A DNA stretch of 63,523 nucleotides, counting the filler, from Thraustochytrium aureum (taxonomy: Eukaryota), in the NCBI GenBank assembly GCA_012862495.1. It is 5 parts of 3 records of this genome, joined end to end, with 100 filler letters (N's around TTAATTAATTAA, not from the genome) between each part and the next. Parts side by side here need not be neighbours in the genome. Positions count along the whole stretch, not along the records: positions 58,639 to 63,523 come from BLSG01000137.1; 4 more parts are not named here. One strand, 5' to 3'. Both the position numbers and the translations under genes were made by a program. This document shows positions 58,583-63,523 of this stretch, piece by piece. Position 1 is the stretch's first letter; every line of letters begins with the position of its first letter. The notes under the pieces were generated by a model. The model made no database searches. It saw nothing but the letters and a program-made list of their open reading frames with translations, and was not told the origin of the DNA.

Positions 58583-58594
58583 TTAATTAATTAA
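58583..58594. other. Artificial scaffold-joining spacer TTAATTAATTAA
   Basis: Same 12-mer inside N flanks. Confidence 0.95.
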
Positions 58595-59106
58595 NNNNNN
58601 NNNNNNNNNNNNNNNNNNNNNNNNNNNNNNNNNNNNNNGAACGAAGCGAGAACCTCCCGCCACTCTGCAGCCCGCGGCCTGAGCAAGGCAAGCGCCTGGT
58701 CCGTCCGACGGCCTTCCTGCTGCAGCGCCGCGCGCTCAATGCCCTTTCTCGTCGCTGGTCTGCTCGCTCGCATTGTTCAATTTGTTCTTCGCAGTGTGGA
58801 ACATCGTTTTCGACAGCAAACCTCCACGGAAGAAAAGAACAGTTCTCCACACTGACAGCGAACTTCCAAGTGTTCATGGCACATGGAGAGCAGAGCAGAG
58901 CCGCTGCAGAGCGAGCAGCGCAGACTCGGAGCCTTTCGGGAGCCACGCGCGCGCCTGCTCGGGTGGCGGACGTCGGCAGAGTCGAGTACTCTTCAGCGGG
59001 CTGGCTGCGCGTCGTTTGGTCCTTTCCTTTTGATTGAACAGCAAACAGAGCGACAGGTTAGACGGCTGCGGGCAGTTGGCGCTGCGCGCGAGATCGAGAT
59101 CGCGGG

Positions 59107-60393
59107 ATGCGGTTGGTCAAGCTTGTGCTGGCTGTTGGCGCGGTCGCGCGCGCTGGCGCCTCGGCGGCGAAGGACGCAGCGGAGGTGCTTGCGTCGGCGA
59201 GAAGCGAAGCGGAGTTTCGGGATGGGCTTGCAGCGCTCGGGGCGCTGGAGGGCCAGGAGAAGCCCTGTGGCGCAGGGATGGACGGCGCGCTGCTCGGGGA
59301 GGCGATGGAACGCGGGTTTTACGAGACCGTCGTGGAGCTGATCAGGGCGTGCGCGGATGCTGGGGTGAAGGTGGATGTTGGTGTTCACCAGAAGGCGAAT
59401 GCGATGCGGAAGAAGATTTCTGAGGTGACGGCGGCGCTGCAGAGCGCCAAGGCTGCGCACACCGTCGTTGCCCCCGCGTTTGAGTGGGCGCAGAGCACGG
59501 ACACGGTTTTCTTGGGCGTTAAGTTCGCTCACAAGCTGGATGCGCCTGCCTGCATCGACCTCGAGGAGGACGCCGTGGAGATCGCGGCCTCCAAGGTCCT
59601 GCTGCGTGCCACCTGCCGCGGAAAGAACAAAAAGTTTAGCTTGGAGCTGGACCTGCTGGAAACGATCGACCCCGAGGGCAGCTCTTGGACGATGGCCTCG
59701 GTCGGACGTGGGACCTTTACACTTGCCAAAGCGGAGCCTCGCCTCAAGTGGGAACGCTTGCTGAGCAGCGCCGACAAGCCGCGCAACATGCACACCTGGT
59801 GGCAGCTGCACGAAAAGTACGCGGCCGAGTTGGACGCCCTTGACAAAGCTCGCGCAAAACAGCCTGGGCAAGAGACCGACGCAGCCGAGCTGCCAGAGGA
59901 GGAGCGGAGCGATACCTTGGCGCATGCTGGGGATGCGGGCGAGTCTGTGGTGAGCGAGGACACCGAAGCCGCGGACGAGGCCGACGCTGGCGTCGAGGCG
60001 CAACGCAAAGAGCTCAGAAAGCGCGCCAAGAAGGACACGAAGAGGGTCAGCAAGGAGGCAAAGAAGGAGCTCAAGGCTCTCGAAGCCGACACAAAGGCCA
60101 AGCTGGACGCTCTCACGGCGGAGACCGCCAAGCGAAAGGAGGAGGTCGAGGCCGAGGCTGAGCGCAGCCGCGAGCGCATTCAGGCGGACAAAAAATCCAA
60201 GCACGAGAAAATCCAAAGCGCGCTTGACGACGCCCTGGGCAGGTTGGAGCGCGGCGAGACAGAGCCAAGCGGTGCGGCAGCAGGTCTTTTTGCCGTCTAC
60301 GACAAGGTCACTTCGATGCTGTTCGGCGCCGCGAACGCCGCCACGGAAGAAGCGCCTGCTGGCGGCGATGAAGCTGTTAAGGGCGAGCTTTGA
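59107..60393 (+). CDS. Signal peptide + CS (p23/NudC-like) domain + coiled coil + KDEL-like C-terminus (KGEL); putative ER co-chaperone
   Basis: MRLVKLVLAVGAVARAGASAA leader; PAFEWAQSTDTVFLGVKF...FSLELDLLETIDPEGS...FTLAK...KWERLL...MHTWW; ends DEAVKGEL*. Confidence 0.75.
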   Translation: MRLVKLVLAVGAVARAGASAAKDAAEVLASARSEAEFRDGLAALGALEGQEKPCGAGMDGALLGEAMERGFYETVVELIRACADAGVKVDVGVHQKANAMRKKISEVTAALQSAKAAHTVVAPAFEWAQSTDTVFLGVKFAHKLDAPACIDLEEDAVEIAASKVLLRATCRGKNKKFSLELDLLETIDPEGSSWTMASVGRGTFTLAKAEPRLKWERLLSSADKPRNMHTWWQLHEKYAAELDALDKARAKQPGQETDAAELPEEERSDTLAHAGDAGESVVSEDTEAADEADAGVEAQRKELRKRAKKDTKRVSKEAKKELKALEADTKAKLDALTAETAKRKEEVEAEAERSRERIQADKKSKHEKIQSALDDALGRLERGETEPSGAAAGLFAVYDKVTSMLFGAANAATEEAPAGGDEAVKGEL

Positions 60394-60969
60394 TCGCCCG
60401 GTGATGGGCGCGCGCTATTCTACCGGTAGAGGGCGCGCTCATGTCGACCGTTTCGCCCGGTGGCCTGCTGGTCCGGTGCGGTTCGGTTTGGTCCTGCTCC
60501 GGGACAATAGCAACTGGCAGGTGAGCGAGTGCTTGCGACCTGTTTCGGTAGTTGAGCGCGAGAAGAAAGCAAAGAAATGTACTCGAGGGAAACGCTGCTG
60601 CCGTTCAAAGGAAGGAGAGGCGCGCACTTCGCATGCGAGTGAATCTTGTATGTACTGGCTCTCTACCTCTCGCTAGAGCTAGTGTAGCTACCAGCTCGAG
60701 AGTCAAGAGAGAGTATTCCTAGAATGGCACGTTAGACCCAAGCCAAGCGAAATCGGTCTGACCACTGTCCTCATGCCCGATCAGCCACTTACGCGCTCGT
60801 AGCTGGCGTGCGCGCTGAGACATTTTCGTGGCCCGCAATGCGGAGAAGGCCCGGTCCGCACCCCGCGCGCCCGCGTTGCCCTGCAAGGTTCAGCCAGCGG
60901 GCAGCCGCCAAGCCCGCGAGTTGGCACGGTCGCGCCCTGGGCAGACCAGAGCACACATGAGACAACAGA

Positions 60970-63463
60970 TTATGCAAGGTAGCGGTACAGGCGGAGGTCT
61001 GTGGCGTCGCGCTCGAGGTATTCCCGCTCGAGCAGCGACTCGATTCGCTTCTTGATTCCTTGTGGCGAGGGGTTGAAGCGGCCCGACATTTGCTTGGTGA
61101 CCTCGGCAATGAGCAGGTTGTGCTCGAGCACCTTGCGCGACTTCATGATGCGCACGATGGCGGCCTCGACGAGGTGCCGGCGGTCCTCCTCGACTTGCTC
61201 TGGAATCGCGGACGCGCCGCCCCCGATGTTCTCCCTGGAGGAAACAAGGGGGATGCGCACACGATAGTGCTTGGACCTNNNNNNNNNNNNNNNNNNNNNN
61301 NNNNNNNNNNNNNNNNNNNNNNNNNNNNNNNNNNNNNNNNNNNNNNNNNNNNNNNNNNNNNNNNNNNNNNNNNNNNNNNNNNNNNNNNNNNNNNNNNNNN
61401 NNNNNNNNNNNNNNNNNNNNNNNNNNNNNNNNNNNNNNNNNNNNNNNNNNNNNNNNNNNNNNNNNNNNNNNNNNNNNNNNNNNNNNNNNNNNNNNNNNNN
61501 NNNNNNNNNNNNNNNNNNNNNNNNNNNNNNNNNNNNNNNNNNNNNNNACGATAGTGCTTGGACCTGAACTCGGCGTTCACCGCAAAGCGCGTGTCGTCTC
61601 CAGAACGCGTCCCTTGGGCTCCTTGCAGAGGATGCGAAACTTTGGCGCCGCGAGGGAGATGAGGTGGCGCTTGAGCTCTTGGTCGGGGACCCCGACCGCC
61701 TCTGCGATTTCGCGATACGTCAGCTCCTGCGCGGTGTTGAAGAGGAGGAGCACGCACATCTGGTAGGTGGAGACGTTGAACTCGTGCGTGGCCGAGGGCC
61801 CGAAGCGCGCCTTGATGTCGGCGTTGCCGAGGTTCGTCTGCCAGGTGAGGCGGCGCCCGCTGTGGCACCCTAGGTAGTAGCTCGAAAAGCTCGTGCAGAT
61901 GGGCCCCAGCTCCGCGGGCAGGTTGCAGGGCGCGGCCGACTCGGTGGGCCAAAACCCCGCCGTGAGCACCGCGACTTGGAGCTCGGGCGAGGTATCATCG
62001 TCGGGGCTGCGCGGGTTTTCGGCGGAGAATTTGTCCATCGTTTCTTTGCTGAGGCGCATGTCCTTAAACATGCCCTCGAGCTTGCTGGTGAAGAGGTAGC
62101 CGCACTCTGTCTTGAGCTTTTTGATGATGCTGCTCTCGGCGTCCTCTGAAACGGAGCGACCCGACAGCAGCCGCTTGGCGAGCTGCTGCTTGTAAAAGTT
62201 CTCGAATATGTCTTTGTCGTGCAGGTACCGGAAGAGGTTGACGACGCGGTCCACCTTCTGGTTGAGATCGACCTCGTCCTGCGACTGCAGCTTGATCTTG
62301 TTGCGCATGAGCTCGTCCAGGTACATGGACAGGTACTGGCTACAGCGCTGGTTCTTGTTGACAAAGTGCTCAAAGGCCTCCTTGACGGCCTTCTGGAACG
62401 ACTTGTCCTCGTCAAAGGCCTCCTTGACGATGCGCTCAAACTTGGCCTGCAGCTCGAGCAGCTCGCGCACAAACTCGACCGGCTTGCGGTCCGAGTCCTG
62501 GTCGTCCACGAGCTTCTCGCCTACCTCCCTGATGTACTCGAACACGCACGAGCGGATCTCGGTGCGGCAGCTCTTCACCTGGAAAAGGCGGTACATGCGC
62601 CCCAGGTCTGCGAGTTTGTCGTCGCGCAGCATGACGCGGCAGCCGCTGTTGGGCATGCTGACCAAAAGCGAGGCGTGTGCAACCACCATCTCATCGGCGA
62701 CCAGCCGCAGCAGCTTGACCTCGGTGGTAAAGTGCAGGTAGGTCTGCGCGCGCGCACGCTCCTCCTCGAGCCGCCGCTCCGCCTTGATGACATAGTCGGG
62801 GCACGTGTTGACTTCGATGAACTGCATCGCCTCCTGCTGGTAGAACTGCTGCGTCTCCGCCAAAAAGCTAGCTTCAAAGTCGGCCTCGTAAACCTTGAGC
62901 GAGTTGACGCCGAGGTCGACCAGCATCTGCAAAACGCTGCGGATCACGCCGCGCTCGATCAGCTCGCCCCTGCGCTCGGCGTCGATGTTGTTCAGCAGCA
63001 CCTCCAGGACGCGGTCGCGCACATTGCTGTGCCGGGCGACCTGCTCCAAGAATATGCGCAGGCCCAGGTCGTACACTGGCTCCTTCTTCTCCTGCATCAC
63101 GTAGGTCCTGTCCATGTACATCAGGATATCGCGGATCATCGTCATCGTGGTCTTGTGCGTGCGCCACTTGTCCACCAGCTCTGCCAGCAAGGTCTCGTCG
63201 GGCGCCATTGCCACTTGGTTGCCCAGGCCTCTCAGGTATGCCGTCACCTCGGCCTCGATGCCCTCGTACAGCTTGTCGCCGTGTTTGTGCAGCACAAGGT
63301 TGTACGCGTTCCGGTACAGCTCTTCAAAGCTGAGCGCGCTCGCGTTCTGGTTGTGGATTTCATGGATCGCGTCTTTCAAATTATCCAGGATCGCCAGGGC
63401 CTGCCCGTCATCGATCCGGTCCTGCGACCGAAACGGCTTGATCGAGCCGCCGCGCCGCGACAT
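60970..63463 (-). CDS. CUL3: Cullin-3
   Basis: NASALSFEELYRNAYNLVLHKHG, MIRDILMYMDRTYV, KDIFENFYKQQLAKRLL, KLKTECGYLFTSKLEGMFKDM, HSGRRLTWQTNLG, neddylation motif EAAIVRIMKSRK, YLERD. Frameshift ~61605 and false gap at 61279-61547. Confidence 0.95.
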
Positions 63464-63523
63464 CCTCCCGTTGCCTCGTCCCTTCCCTTCGCGGCGGCGC
63501 CGTCGCCTGCCCGCAGTTCAACT

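Noticed and set aside
20122..58594. Four perfect TTAATTAATTAA palindromes as biological sites (PacI sites, piggyBac TTAA targets)
   Set aside because: Each is embedded in uniform N flanks and has stops in all six frames, so they are assembly concatenation linkers. Gene neighbourhoods across them are meaningless.
1..63463. Proteostasis gene cluster (Hsp110, cyclophilin, Lon, p23-like, CUL3)
   Set aside because: The genes lie on four different concatenated scaffolds and are common housekeeping classes.
1..63523. Widespread pseudogenisation or programmed frameshifting (Hsp110, TPR, permease, NPHP1, RAD54, CUL3)
   Set aside because: Small frame breaks hit essential, otherwise well-conserved genes with no accompanying in-frame stops and no shared slippery motif. 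Indel errors in a low-coverage draft are far more likely.

Overview
This is GC-rich eukaryotic nuclear DNA, not prokaryotic. It has GT-AG spliceosomal introns (GTAAGT/GTGAGT donors, CTRAC branch points) and encodes cullin-3, MOB, RAD54, Ctf8 and an NPHP1-like ciliary protein. Compact genes, short introns and a flagellar gene suggest a stramenopile protist such as a thraustochytrid or labyrinthulomycete; this is inference only. The window is a draft assembly. Four artificial N44-TTAATTAATTAA-N44 spacers join five separate scaffolds (1-20077, 20178-34288, 34389-57221, 57322-58538, 58639-63523). There are many internal N gaps, at least two of them false gaps with duplicated flanks, and numerous small frameshifts that are probably sequencing errors. 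About 23 protein-coding loci can be recognised. The most notable are: an apparently intact Plavaka-type (CACTA/CMC-related) DDE transposase with a neighbouring unexplained 3-kb region; a tiny FLASH/CASP8AP2-N-terminus-like coiled-coil gene; a very large EF-hand + nephrocystin-1 fusion; a signal-peptide/p23(CS)/KGEL putative ER co-chaperone; an acylated C2 + DUF1765-like protein; and a Sec7-PH-PH protein whose catalytic motif is split by an insertion. All family assignments come from recalled motifs, with no database search run. I found no rRNA, tRNA or CRISPR, and no clear multi-gene novel system.
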